A stretch of 64,000 nt of DNA from Harriotta raleighana (Eukaryota): positions 1,210,706 through 1,274,705 of the forward strand of contig JBNZDD010013656.1 of assembly GCA_050575255.1 (NCBI GenBank), written 5' to 3'. The notes beneath the pieces were generated by a model. It ran no database searches. It had not been told where the DNA came from and saw only the letters and a program-made list of their open reading frames with translations. The first letter of the stretch is position 1. Every line of letters starts with the position of its first letter. The translations under genes were made by a program, and so were the position numbers. This document shows positions 12,086 to 25,037 of the stretch, in pieces.

Positions 12086-14139
12086 AATTAATACCATGAG
12101 TTGCATTGTGCAGCCATCAGACAGCACACATCACACAGCATGCTCAGTGCATTAGTTTCACTCCATTTATGGGCAGGCAAGTTTACACTACTGGCTTCAT
12201 CTGCAACCCTCGTTTCCAATGATGATACAAAACAAACCATGATTTTCCAGCTGTGAGTGGAAGTATTAAAGATCGTTAATATCTGTTCGCTGGTTCTTAT
12301 CAGCTTCTTTGATTTTCAAAAGATAGGTTGTGCTTATATCCATGACATAAACAGAAAATGGGTTGGTCATTTACTCCATATATTACTCCAACAGGACAAG
12401 TTAACGTCTGGGCACAAAAGTGACGGCATCAATTGGAAACTGCTCAAACAAATCCACTCTGGCTATAGATCATATCATTGCCCTAGCTAGATTATCTCTT
12501 ACTCACAAAATAATCATGTAAAAGACTGAGAGGAAGATTGTTTTTATTCTAAACACGATTTATAAGATTTTTAAACAATTGCATGGTTTATTTTTATCTT
12601 TTTTTGCCTGGTTTTATGTTCCTGCATCCTTTGATATCTCCTTTCTTTCAGATCCAGTCAGCAAAAAAGAACATCTCTGTTACTCTAGTAAAGTGTTGGT
12701 GTCTAGTCTCAGCTGTAATGTTCTATCTGTTCTCCACTAAGGTTTGCTCTCACCTCTGTACGTCCCTGTTCTTAGAATATTATAGTTTTAGAACAAAATT
12801 TGTCTTTATTTTGAGTAAACAAACTCTTGGTATGAGTACCTCCGTGACGCTCTGAGACACTACCCTGTGTGTGAGGAAGGCACTACTGTATATAAGTGCA
12901 AGTTGTTGTTTTTGTTGTATTTCTGTTTCATGACATTGTATGTGTCATGTGAATGCGAGCAAGGAACCATTAAAATGGCAAGTAACCATTAATCAGAATA
13001 TGTTTTACCTGATTAAAAATACAGATAAACTAATAAAATCAAATGATTTCGATATTTACGGCTGAGAAAGTACAGGGAATGAGGAAATGTTGGGGATAGG
13101 ATAAACCTGTGGAAGGGGCTGCCGACAACTATAGAACTTTATAGTACAGAAGATCAGTCCTCTTCCTGATCTCACCCTTTGCTTCTTTGATAACTATCCT
13201 AACTTGTTGCTGTCTCATCACTGATTCACCAACCAGTGAAAGATGCAGCGATCGCTCTAGGGAAAGAGGGTCTTATCTCACACCTTAATTACGATATCTA
13301 CAGGCTATATTTTTCAACACTCACTGTTCATAACGTAACAGTGCTTTCTCATATAGAGCACTGCTACCATCTCCATCATAAGTATGGTCAACAGTGTGAG
13401 GTACCTGCCTTGCAGAGTGCCAGTGAGAGTGTGGCACTAGCAGCTATATCTACAGCTGTGTTCTGGATCACCACTCACTTTCACACCGATGGAGTGAAAT
13501 GATACAGTTAGTTATGACCTGTAAGATATTTACACATGGTTCACAGACACTGTTACTTCATATCTTAATTAATCGACTGTTTTTCTCTTCCTACCCTCCA
13601 CCCTGTGTCACAACAATTGATCCCTAAGCTGGTCGCAACACACATTAAGACAATACAAAATGCTAGACAAAAAAAGTCCACGGTCCATCTTCCACCTTCC
13701 ACCTCCTGGCGGTCACATGCACATATGTCCCAAACTACCTGTGTACTATATTCCATAATATTATTTGCTAAAAGAAAACTATCAACCCTTAGAGTATTGC
13801 AATGCTGGTTTGAGGAATGCCGGCATGATTTGATGTTTTACAGTTAGTTCACTTAAATGCCATACTCCACAAGCCAACATTTCTCTATTCATTGTGGCAA
13901 CGTTAGGGGTGGAGGGAGGGTAGAGGGGGTTGTGGAGGGGTGGACAGAGTCACACTTGTGTATAAACTAAGATAACAACTGGCTGCATTTTTCAACATTC
14001 ACAGGTAATAATGTAATAGTGGCTTTCTAATGGACCCCTCCTAGCCTCACAAATAGAGTCAGTGATATACTGCATTGCCAGAAGCATTGAGTTTGGTGAG
14101 AAGTGCAACCATCTGAGCAGCTGCTACATCCCACTGTTG

Positions 14140-14460
14140 TCAAACACAGTAAAACGTGAAGCCTTTCGGGAAAATAGGCTGTGTCACTTTACTGGTAATG
14201 TTCAAGACGCAGACCTGACAGATCCCAAAGATATCTCCCACAGAGGCCTGAAAGCTTCCAGATGGGTAAAAGTTGAAAGCTAAAGTTACAATGACAGCCA
14301 CAGATGGTGGTGGACGAGTGATGAACCTAATCTGAAGGGTTTTGTTCAATCTTGTACTTGCTCCCTTGTTAGCCTGAGTAACTGGGGCAAAATCCCTCTG
14401 ACATGTCAAGGTAAGTGCATCCTCTGTGCTGGACAAGTATCCACAGGATTCTGTGTACAC
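14140..14460 (-). mobile_element. Decayed PIF/Harbinger transposase N-terminal (HTH) region
   Basis: ORF peptide 'VAVIVTLAFNFYPSGSFQASVGDIFGICQ...VTQPIF' matches the Harbinger/HARBI1-family motif (AL.FYA.GSFQ...GD..GISQ.....I..VT..L). No DDE domain found in frame. Confidence 0.75.
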
Positions 14461-14984
14461 TGATCAGCTCTGCTGTTTTTCACACATACCGTCAACCATG
14501 CTCTCATATGCACACGCATCATCTCCATCATGAGTATGTTTAGCGGTATGGCCATTGATATGAATTTGCAATATTTGAGAATTTCATGTATTGTCATAAT
14601 TGACAATAGTTCTCCCAAGGTCAGAAGCTTTGCCTGTTTTTGTCTTGCATTTAACCCTGGCTTGAGGCTAAACCCTAGTGATAATTATCACAGCATATTC
14701 TGCAAATTACCCACCACAAATCTCCATTTGCAAGTGCTAGATTCACATCTGGTTCATGCCGTAACATTCCACAGTCTGGCAGCTTGTGAAAATCATCCCT
14801 GTGTTAGTGCTAGAGCACCGTAAATTATCTTACAGCCTCTGATGTCAACACTATAGCAGCAGTTACCTACTGAAGCAAACTTACACATTACAGAACAATG
14901 CAAAGCTTTGAAGAGTGAAACCACGCTGATTCCATTACTAGCAAACAGTGCAGGCTGTTTATTTTCTCTCATAGGACTCAGAGA

Positions 14985-15360
14985 CTGGGATGGGTCATTA
15001 GGACTTATCCGTGATGGAACTCAAACTCTGGGACTACCTGCCTCACTGTTCTGAGACCAGGAGCAGGTCATATATTGTGGGTAGAAGTTGGAGATAAGAG
15101 GATGGTTAACAGGTGATTGAGAGTCTAGGATTTAATGAGCTTGGATTAGCTCAATGTTGAGGGCAACTCAGTGGATTCAGGCGGAGGGAGCTGCGGTAAA
15201 CAGGTATCTATTTGGAGCTGAGTTGGTTCCATGGTGACATTCCAAGCAATGGAAGATCAGAATAGAGATTTCAGTATTTCCCGAGCCAGGCTGATCCATA
15301 GTACTTCAAGGCATTGCTGATGAGAGACCTGGCTCTTTAGTAAGGCTTGAAAGAAAAGAC
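14985..15360 (-). mobile_element. Old L2 LINE ORF2 fragment
   Basis: Reverse strand shows degenerate L2 RT C-terminal pattern (GNTEI-like motif), homologous to the 52100-52500 copy. Confidence 0.45.
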
Positions 15361-16139
15361 CATTCACTGGAATCAGGGATCCTTCTCACTTGGCCACATT
15401 AACCATGCAAGTCAAAGCTGGTGTAGCTGGACAAATAGGAGAAAGCTTACCGGTCAGTGTATGTAAGGGCAAGTTGTGTAGTTTCAGTTGGGCTCTGACA
15501 GTACACTTAAGCAGTCTCCAAATCTTGACACTTTCCAAGAGTGTGCCTGAACTGTCCAGAATTGGGTAGGCAGGCGAAGAATCTCCTTCTGGAGAACGAG
15601 GGAACATTCCATCCCACACAAACAGAAATTTCCATCAATATGTTGAACTCTCAGAAATTCTGTTTAGATACTCTAATGCAGGCCAGCAAGTTTTTTTGTA
15701 TGCCAGATCCTCAGCTGACCAAGAAAATCCAGATTGATTAAAGAAATTGTGCAAATTTAGCCAAATTGAGTTAACTAAAAGCAGCTTTCAAATGTGAGTC
15801 AGTGACCAGAATGCATTTTTCTCACAGAATGTTTAGGGTTTGGAATGCCATGCTAGGATTTTGCATTGAATAGATATTTAAAGAGGAGTAAACCTATAAA
15901 CTATGGAGAAAAGGCAGATAAATAGGACTGAAAGGATTGCACTTTGAAAGAGTCACCACAGATAAATTACCTACTGTGCTGAAAATTTCTATCATTCTGT
16001 GATTTTCTATGGTTCTAATCCAGGAATTATCACATATGAATCAAAGTACAGGTATTGTTTTCCTTTCATATAGATTCCATAAGAGAAAATCTTTAGCATT
16101 TAAATCTTCTTCAGTTTTGTTGAAATGCCACCTGATAAT

Positions 16140-16290
16140 TGACTAACAAACAAATTCCTACTTACTGACAGGTAAACAGAGGAGTGTGGAGGAAGGAAAC
16201 TTGCCCAAAGTTCTGCCTTGCCCGGGAATCGAAATAAGGTCCTTTTGCTTGCAAGGCAAGCACAAAAACCACCAAACTACAGAACTCCAT
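16140..16290 (-). mobile_element. Deu-SINE 5' fragment
   Basis: Reverse-complement head ('ggaaacttgcccaaag...gggaatcgaa...ttgcaaggcaagcac'). Confidence 0.75.
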
Positions 16291-17782
16291 TGATGCAATC
16301 AGGTCATTCAATATCTTGAAATACAGCCTGGCTACACCCATGACTAGGTACACAGCAGCTTTAAAGATGACAGCGATCTAAATAAATGCTTAGATGTATG
16401 AAAGATATCTTCAATCCTTAGGGTTGCAGCCAACTAATCCTTGTGGTAGCTATTTATAACTGACATTTGTTACTTACTATAAATGGTACAAGTACACATT
16501 CTTTCAAAGATACATGGACAGATGTTAGCAATCATACAGTCTCTGCACCTCCGCTGGGGTAAGTGGCAATGGAGGTTTACTGGCCTCATTTTCAAATCTC
16601 ATTGAATTTAGAGAAGATAAAAGCTAAAGTGCTATCCAAATCCAGCGCTCAGATGTACAGAAGTATGTGGGATATGTTTGGATAGCACTGCAGTGCACAA
16701 TTTGTGTACAGATATGTAAGACAACACCTGTATAATCAGCTTCCAGTTTAACCTGATTGCTAAAATAGTTCTAAATTAAAGACATATGTTCGGAACTGAT
16801 TCTGTCTATTATTCTAGACTGGTGTCTATTAGGATATCTGAGGCTTCATTCTTGTCTGGACAGAAAGGGCAAGGTGCGGGGAAGAGGGCTGTTGTGGGAG
16901 CAGAGAATGGAATAATAAGGGTGGTGAAGAGAGGAGATTGTGGGGAAAGAAGGAATGCAGTGAGGTGGGGAAACGAGATGGGAATGAGCATAGAAGGTGA
17001 CGGGAGATGACAAGAGAGAAGAGATAGGAGAGGCTGGTGGGAGTAGGTGGGGGTTAAATCTATTTTATCTATTTCACTGAAACTTGATGTCAACAATAGT
17101 GAACAAATAACTGTCAAGTCGGGGCTACTAGAGGTGCTAGAATTTTGACCAGTGATAAACCCGACAGAAATAGCAGTAATCTTTGTCCACTGGGAATTGG
17201 GATTAAGACCCTCTAGTTTCTGGAGAGTTCTGTTTCTTGCCAGGCCATTCAGTTATGATGTTAATCTTATAATCTTGCTGGATTAGCACCACTATGTCCC
17301 CGGATTCGAGATCTAAAAATCATGTAAACCCAAGTGGGGAGAGGGACAAATTCATACCTTGTCACCAGATTGTGGCCTAAAACTAACCCTTAAATACTTA
17401 AAACATGTTAGAAAAGTCAGTATTCTATCCTGGTCAATTAATGTACATTGTCTGTGTTACCTTTCTCAAGAAGCGCTCATCTCTGAAGATATAAGAATAA
17501 ATTCAACCATAGGAAATATTGTTCAATCTGGAAAGCCATGCAATCTGGCAATGGATCATACAACCTTTACGGTTTACAACAAACAACAAAATTAAATTGT
17601 ATGGTGCCTTTCACATTGGGAGGACGTCCCAAAGCATGATTACAGCATCACATTGCTGGTAGTTTAACAACCTTAATTGCCTTCATGAATATATTCACTA
17701 GGAAAAACCTCTTCACCTCAAGGAAGAATCCATAGTATTGTAGTAAACAATATTCTCCAAACTCATGGATGATAAAATCCAT

Positions 17783-18095
17783 AACAACAACAAAATTGTA
17801 ATTATAGAGCGCCCTTCACATCGGGAGGACCAAGGCACTGAACAGTGAGGGGTCGGGACCCGAACATGGGGGAGGACCAGGGTAACGGGTAGGGGATGGA
17901 AATAGTTGGGAGGGCAGAAGAAGGCACGATCGAAAATAAGGATCTTGAAACCGGCCTTGAATCAGGCGAGAGAGGAAGCAGGGTGAAGGGACTGTGGGAT
18001 GGAGTTCCAGAGTGTGGGGGCAGAGAGTTGAAAGCAAAGCCACCAATGGTAGGTCGGGTCAGGAAGGAGACATGGAACAGACTGGAGCCCACCGA
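17783..18095 (-). mobile_element. L2 LINE 3' end
   Basis: (AAC)n tail, 'gcgcccttcacatcgggagg' stem-loop and reverse-strand 'RPTIGGFAFNSLPP' peptide; homologous to 20372-20714. Confidence 0.85.
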
Positions 18096-18466
18096 ATGGC
18101 TAAATAGCCATATACTAATGAGAAACACTGGCATGGCATGGCCTCAATCTATGCTGTAAAGTTGATCCTATGATCAGGAAAACTGTCTGCCTTTATTGAA
18201 TGCAAATAGTATTCTTAATCCTGAAGGCTGCTGAATCTGTAAAAGCACAATTTTAAATGAAGAAGGAATAAACCATAACTATTTTAAATGGATAGGAACA
18301 TTGAATCTTCTGGTGAAATGTAATTTCGGGAAGTTGTCCCGATGTGAAAATGTAAATTTGTATTGTATACTTGAAGTATCTTTAAAATCCTATGATCTCT
18401 GCCCTATGATGCTGTGTTTTGACTACTGTTCATTTTGTCTCACACTCTTCCTGGTCACATCATATA

Positions 18467-18830
18467 TAATAACAATAATAATCCTTGCATTTGATGTAAT
18501 TCCCTTATCACATCATTGAAACATCTCAAAGCACTCCACAGAATACAGTATATAGTGAAGTGTAGTAGTGACTGTGTGTTCCATGACCGAAATCCAGCAA
18601 CCAATTATGTCTCACAAACAGTCGTGGATTGAGTGACCATTTTTTTTCTGAGCAATTAATACTCTCAGAAAGCGATCCACCAATGAATTAACAACTAGAT
18701 TTCTACTTACTGCTGGGTAAACAGAAGCATGTGGAGTAAAAACACTTGCCTAAGATTTCACCCTGGCCAGTAATTGAATCTGGGTCCTCTCACTTGCGAG
18801 GTGAGTGGGTTAATCACTACGCTATGGGAA
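18467..18830 (-). mobile_element. Deu-SINE, near full length (older subfamily)
   Basis: Tail, Deu core and tRNA head all present in reverse complement. Confidence 0.8.
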
Positions 18831-20371
18831 ACAACAATATTAAATATTAAATGAATGCAAGGTTAAAAATGAAGGACATGAGGATAAAATTGGGAAGCTT
18901 CAAGGGAGATGAAAGATTTCAGATATGCGGAACAGGTTTCCGTTAAAGCAGCTAAAGCAGTGTTGATTAATTCTATTCAATTAAACTAAATGAATATTTG
19001 GTTATTTGGAACAATCAAGTTGAAGATAAACATAGAGAGAGTTAATAATATTGTATAAGAATCCCGTGGTTTCAGTCTTGACCATGGGAATGTTATCTGT
19101 GGAATGCAACCAGTCAGAGCTGAATAATGTAAATAATGGTATTGGATGCATATCCAACATTTTGGAGCTGATTTCCTTGGGGACAAAGGGAGAAATTTCA
19201 CTGTTTAAACTTTTTTTAGGATCTTTCCAAAGATTATTCACCTCCGTCTGGAGATTAAGTTAGGGGGTGAACACTACACTCCTCAGTGTAATCTACACAT
19301 GGTTTGTTGGGAAAAGATGAAATATCATTCCTCTCCTGTTGTGAACCTTTGCCCGTACAGCTTGTGATATTACCTGAATCTGTCAAATGAGTTTGTAGAT
19401 TTTTAACCACTCCCACAGACCCTGTCCACCCCCAACTAACATCCCCCACCATCCACTGCTGTGCACCAGCAAATATTAAATTGCTGAAAGATCTTCCATG
19501 ATCTAATAAACTTAATAAACTGACATAACTGACTCGATGGGCTGAATGAACCTCCTCCTATTCTAGATTCAGGTGAACATTAATTTCATGTGAAAATCTC
19601 AAACACATTATACATTGATTTTATGAAGCAGCAAATGGATATTATAAACTTTTACAAATTAGAGGCCAGCTTTGTGATTACTGTATACACAAGGGGATGT
19701 GTTACTTTGAAACTAAATAAAAACAGATGTTTATTGGATACCAAGCCTGCAGTACATTCGGTTATGTTTTATAAACATGTATATTTATATATTTCAGTGA
19801 CCAGTTTTGAAAAGTCCATGGGAAAATAAAGAGAAGATTTGGAGGATGCATCTGGCAATTAATATGGTTAAGTCATGAGTGCATTAAAAACTGTTTTATC
19901 TGAGACTACAGTGAACATTTTATGAAGCAGCGAGTCTCCCAGACTAGACATGTTATCACAGACCAAATCTTCATCTTTTTTAGTATTTCCTTTGAAATGA
20001 CTTTGTTGGAACAGGTCCATTCACCATCCTAATGTCTCACAAAGATTTTGTTCCTATTCCAGAGTCTTTCATGCTGGTTTCAAACATCAGTTCCCCCCAA
20101 TTGCTTTACTGGTTTTATGTCAGTTTGGTGGTACACTTGTATTTTCCTCCATCATGAATTTTTGAACCTTCCTGTCCAGTCAATCTTAAAAAAGATATTT
20201 GCCAAAAATGTTGCCCTCTTTCAACTTCTTTCACATTGTTAATTGAACTGACATCTAGAATACACTTAAATGGAAAATTGTAGCCAAATGTCACATTGCA
20301 TTTTGACACTTCCTGATTCTGGTCCTCACATTTAAAGCCACAACCTCCACAACCTCGCCCCACCCTACATC

Positions 20372-20714
20372 CATGACCTCCAATCCCCTTACCAACCTGC
20401 CCGCCCCCTCTGCTCAACAGGCTCTGGCCTGCTCCACATCCCCCGACCCATCCGTCCCACTTTTGGCGGGCGAGCCTTCAGCCCCCAACCTCTGGAACTC
20501 CATCCCACAGTCCCTTTGCCTCGCCTCCTCCCCGGCCTCCTTCAAGTCTCACCTCAAGACTCTCCTCTTCGATGGACCCATCGGCAATTCCTAATCCCCC
20601 CTCCCCCCACCCCATCCTCATCTCGGGTCTGAAGCACTGACTGTCCAGCGCCTTGGGACATCCTCCTGACGTGAAAGGCGCTATACAAGTGTAATTTTGT
20701 TGTTGTTGTTGTTG
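20372..20714 (+). mobile_element. L2 LINE 3' end
   Basis: Peptide 'APNLWNSIPQSLCLASSPASFKSHLKTLLF' is the L2 ORF2 C-terminus; 3'UTR ends 'gacgtgaaaggcgctatacaagtgtaattt(tgt)n'. Confidence 0.9.
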
Positions 20715-21794
20715 TAATGGCAAAGCTATTGCAATGGAGTCAATTTGATAGTATTTGTTAATTACGAAATCTGGAAGCCCTTGATGCCAACTTGCATGAA
20801 GACTGTTCCAACTTAATTTATTTTTCACGAGGGATTCTCCTGAGTCAGTGACATATGTAGTGCAATTCCAGTTAGAGAAATGAGTCCCGCTTGGATTTCT
20901 TAATTGAGAAACATTAAGAAAAAGAAACCCGAGGCAGCTCTGATGGTGTAGTTCACACAGCTGTGCACATGGATCAGATTTGTTGTTTTGAATCCCAGTT
21001 CATGTCGGGTTTGCTGGCCGGAGGGCTGTTAAGGTATGGGTAAGTTGGCCTACCAGAGTAATGGGAGGGGAAACCAGTCGGAATTTCTGTGCCTCGACCA
21101 ATTCCGCACCCTCCATTTTGAGGGCAGGTGTGTGGTTGTCTGTTGGAGAGAAGTCAGGCTCAGCTGTGATGTCCTCTAAAGCTGAATGGCCTGCCAATAC
21201 TCATTGCCAATATTACCAGCCCTTATTAACTGCCAACATGAAAAATAGCTACTTGGGCGAATACTCAACTGAAGGCAACCAGCATCTGTGGAACCACATC
21301 CCAACCCGCCAGTATAGGAGGAGAGAGGTACGTGACAGTGGAGAGAATATTGGGAATCACTAAATTTATAAAAGGACAAAAAACTCCACTACTTTATTAA
21401 GAAATCCATTGACATCTTCTGCAAAATTAACCTTACATTCTTGTATTTTATGTCAGTGCCTCAAAGCACTGTCCAGTAATTAACAAGAGCTCTTCAATCT
21501 TGAGAGAAGGGGACTCGGAGAGGACCTTACAGAGGGAATAATAGTTGAAATGGGATTGAAAAACTAAACCCAGAACAAAACGTTAGCATTCACCAGACAG
21601 TAAAATATTTGGCTTAGAATTGTAAAAGCCAATTTCAGTTTATCAGTTTATTCTGTGAAGTGCTTTAAGACATCTAGAAGTGAAAAAGCGCTATTACAAA
21701 ATGCAAGGATCTTTATTATCCCTTTCATCACCTCTGAACAAAATGTTTTGAAACAATTAACTTTGCAATAACCAAACAGCTGCAAAATATAACA

Positions 21795-21962
21795 CATAAT
21801 GAAGACCTATCGCTCCTGCTCCAGATGCACGACTAGTTGTGGTTGTGGTTATCTTGTAAAGATAATGTGGGGGACAGTAACNCATAATGAAGACCTATCG
21901 CTCCTGCTCCAGATGCACGACTAGTTGTGGTTATCTTGTAAAGATAATGTAGGGGACAGTAA
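21795..21962. repeat. Duplicated ~80 bp segment flanking an N (probable assembly overlap)
   Basis: 21795-21880 is repeated at 21883-21962 across 'n' at 21882; copies differ by a 6 bp indel and one substitution. Confidence 0.85.
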
Positions 21963-22245
21963 TGCAATTGGTTAGGATCATCTTTTCACCACTGAAGAAT
22001 CCAGCTTGGACTGACAGGATGGAAGTTTCCTCTCGTATAAGATTGTAACAATCACAAGTGAAATGAGGCAGTTTCAAAGCAGTGTTTGTCAAAATAAGAG
22101 GATAATATAAAATTGCCTATAATTTAACTCTAATTGCCTCTAAATTGGCAGATTGGTGCAGATAGACCATAAGGGTAATGTGTGGTGGAAATGAAAACTG
22201 ACAATGCTACTATGTGGGTGCTCAGCTAAGGTTGGGGCAAACTGC
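21950..22245 (+). mobile_element. LF-SINE-like ancient SINE relic
   Basis: Ordered motifs 'ctttcacc', 'gaatccagc', 'gtgaaatgag', 'ctaattg...ttggcag' and 'ggttggggca' follow the recalled LF-SINE consensus; second copy at 56595-56870. Confidence 0.55.
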
Positions 22246-22759
22246 ATTATTGGAACAGTATAAAGAGATCTTTGCTCTGCATCTGGGCTGTACTACTCAT
22301 GACCTGCGAATGTTTGGTGTTGAAATGCCAAGAATATGATCCATTTCTCAGCACTGATATATCTGTCCTTTGTGAACACTCAAATTGGGCCCCTTCAAGA
22401 CTCTGGTTTTGCTGCTTATTCTGACCCAAGGGGATAATAACTTGCTACTAATCTCTTCAAATTCAGTCAATTGTGTTTGTTTTATTGTGCCTGCAGACCA
22501 AGCTGATTTTTTTTGTAATTAAGCACATTTCCACCTGTTTGAGGCAGGCTGCATTTTCAGCAAGAAACAGCCTCTCTCCAGTGCTGTCCAAATGTCAGCA
22601 AGTACCAGTGAGAAACACTTGCTCACACCCACTCAGACTGGTAAATTCAACATCTCGTTCCAAGGATCCAGAAAATAACTTTGCACATGAGCACAAGTGT
22701 TTCCCACCCTCCACCCCGCATTATTGTGAAGGTGTTACCATTATTGTATAGAAAAAGGT

Positions 22760-22870
22760 TAGTTAGAGAAAGAGATAGAAGCACACATAGACTTACTTAG
22801 AGAAAGTCATAGAGAGAGCAAATCTGCAAGAGACAGAGAGGGGAGAGAGAAAGATAGATTAAGACAGTAG
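22760..22870. repeat. GA-rich low-complexity tract
   Basis: Visible purine-rich (GA/GAGA) run. Confidence 0.7.
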
Positions 22871-23364
22871 TAAATGCTAGGCTGAAAAGAGATTAGGATT
22901 CCATTGCCATAGTCAATAGAAACAGTCTAGTTCATTGCATTTACTCTGTTTCCATTGGCTCTGCCACAGAAATCCTAACCCCTTTGGGGACATTACTCAG
23001 GATTTTTCTGGCCTCCCCTACTTCAGGCAGGAGTGATTATGGTTCTTAAATCCCAACATTCAAACTGGAAAATCATGGAAACATCCCAAATTCCCATTTT
23101 AAAACTTCTCTCAGCAAGGAATGGGGATTAGAACCATGGGGAAATATTATCAGTGAATGTGTGTAAAAAAAACAATGTTCCTTTAATGGGTTTGCTATTT
23201 TATGTTTTTGTTCAATAGTGTCCTGTAACACTGTTACATGCCCCTAATCTCTGGAACACCCTCCCTCTCTTTCCGGGTTTAAATCTCACCTTTTCAAATC
23301 ATTTATTATGACTTTACCCTTCCCTTGGCTCACTTGCTTGGTTTCCATCCCAGTTCTTGTAAAT

Positions 23365-23595
23365 CACAACAACAACAAATTACATCTGGAAGATGTACCA
23401 GGGCACTGGAAGGCCAGGAAGGTGGGGATGAGAGTGTGGCTGAACACACAATTGAAGAGGAAGATCTTTGGACAGGACTTGGAGACAAGAGAGGGTGTGA
23501 GGAGGAGGGATTGCAGGATAAAGTTCCAGAGTGTGGAGGCAGAGATGCTGAATGTTCGACCATCAATGTTGGGGCAGGAAGTGTGGCGGACCTGA
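23365..23595 (-). mobile_element. L2 LINE 3' end (diverged)
   Basis: (AAC)n tail and reverse-strand 'IDGRTFSISASTLWN' peptide. Confidence 0.8.
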
Positions 23596-23892
23596 AGCAG
23601 TCCCTGGAGATGAAGTAACATGCTTCTAGCACATAGCAAGTAGAGGAAGAAGACCTGCCAGTAACTGTTGAAAATGTTGGTGAGATTGGTTGCCGGCTTC
23701 CTGCACACATGCATGCAGAGAGGTTCAGTAACATCAGCAAAAAAAAATTAATGTCCTTAAATGACAGTTGCTCGAAAACGTAACCCGATTTACTGGGAGT
23801 CTGATACATGGATCTTTATGGATGTGTCATACATAACAGAGTCCGATTGCATGTGCACCAGTTGTGAAGTCGCAAAGTACACCCTGGCCCTT

Positions 23893-24204
23893 ATAATATA
23901 ATAATAAATAATAATCCTTGCATTTTGATATAGCACTTTTCACATCTTCTGGATGTCTCAAAGTGCTTCACAGAATGTACTGTAATTTTAATTGACTTAT
24001 ATTTGTGGGCGAAACCTAGTAACCAATTGCGCACAGAATTGTCTCACACAGTCGTGGATTGAAACAACCAATTTTGTTGAGGGATTGTTATTAGGCGTGT
24101 GGAGTAAGGAAACTTGCCCAAGGTTTCTGCCTGACTTGCCTGGATTCGAATACAGGTCTCATGCTTGTAAGGCAAGTGCTCTAACCACTGAGCTACAGGA
24201 CTCC
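23893..24204 (-). mobile_element. Deu-SINE, full length (younger subfamily)
   Basis: Clear reverse-complement homologue of 39257-39580 and 49484-49806. Confidence 0.9.
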
Positions 24205-24587
24205 TTAATCAACAACGGCGTACCAGATCTAGTCACAATTTACCTGATGTATTTCATATATGTGTAATGTTTACTGTATTGACCGGAAATCTGAACATCT
24301 GTTCTTTTCTCTCAGAACTGGTTAGTTATTTACTTTAGTTACAAAATGTTCCAGTTAATTGCATCCCTCTGTTCTGTATTCCCTTGTGGCCTATTAAGTG
24401 AATCATGCAGAAGTGTTTATGGGATGCATCTGATTGCAATTATAACTCAATACTGTACAGTACTAGACACCCCTCCACCCCCCCACCCATCACCATAGAT
24501 CTGTGCAAAGCTGGCCCAATCTGCCCAGCACCACTTACAGACAGAGATTCACCGAGGTTCTGAGTGACTCCATCCCACAGTTGCGGA

Positions 24588-25037
24588 GTAACAACAACAA
24601 CAACAACAACTTCGATTTATATAGCGCCCTCCACACCGGATGGCGTCGCAGAGCGCTTCAAGGGCACAATGTGGGATGGAATCACAGAACGTGGCGGGGA
24701 GATGAATCACCATATGTAAAAATGCTCAGCCACTTTTGGTAGTAAATATTTGCAAATATAGAATATTAATCACTTAGGATATTGCCTGCATTCCTGGCCA
24801 ATAATTTACTACTGACTGTAAATTATTAAGATGACAGTTGGAAAAAGTGTTTCAACGGTCTGGCATAAAACATTGGATCGAAAAAAGAGATAAATAATGA
24901 AATGGAGGGAGGAAGTGAGCCTCATGGTTTTATTTAGCACATTGGCCTTTCCCCTTGAAGGCCTTCATTCATTCAACAACAACAACTTCGATTTATATAG
25001 TGCCCTCCACGCTGGACTACATCTCAGAGCGCTTCAA
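24588..25037 (-). mobile_element. Two short 3' tail fragments of a second L2-type family (24588-24660, 24975-25037)
   Basis: Both read '(aac)n ttcgatttatatag(c/t)gccctccac...cagagcgcttca'. Confidence 0.75.

Noticed and set aside
13905-13945. G-rich tract with G-quadruplex potential
   Set aside because: Common low-complexity motif with no supporting context.
16860-17050. Purine-rich tract producing 74 and 102 aa ORFs
   Set aside because: Low-complexity, probably repeat-derived; the ORFs are compositional artefacts.
19002-19452. Coding-looking minus-strand ORFs with an acceptor near 19248
   Set aside because: No convincing donor and no recognisable homology.
23308-23809. Cluster of overlapping 95-159 aa ORFs
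   Set aside because: All overlap a GC-rich L2 3' fragment that has few stop codons.
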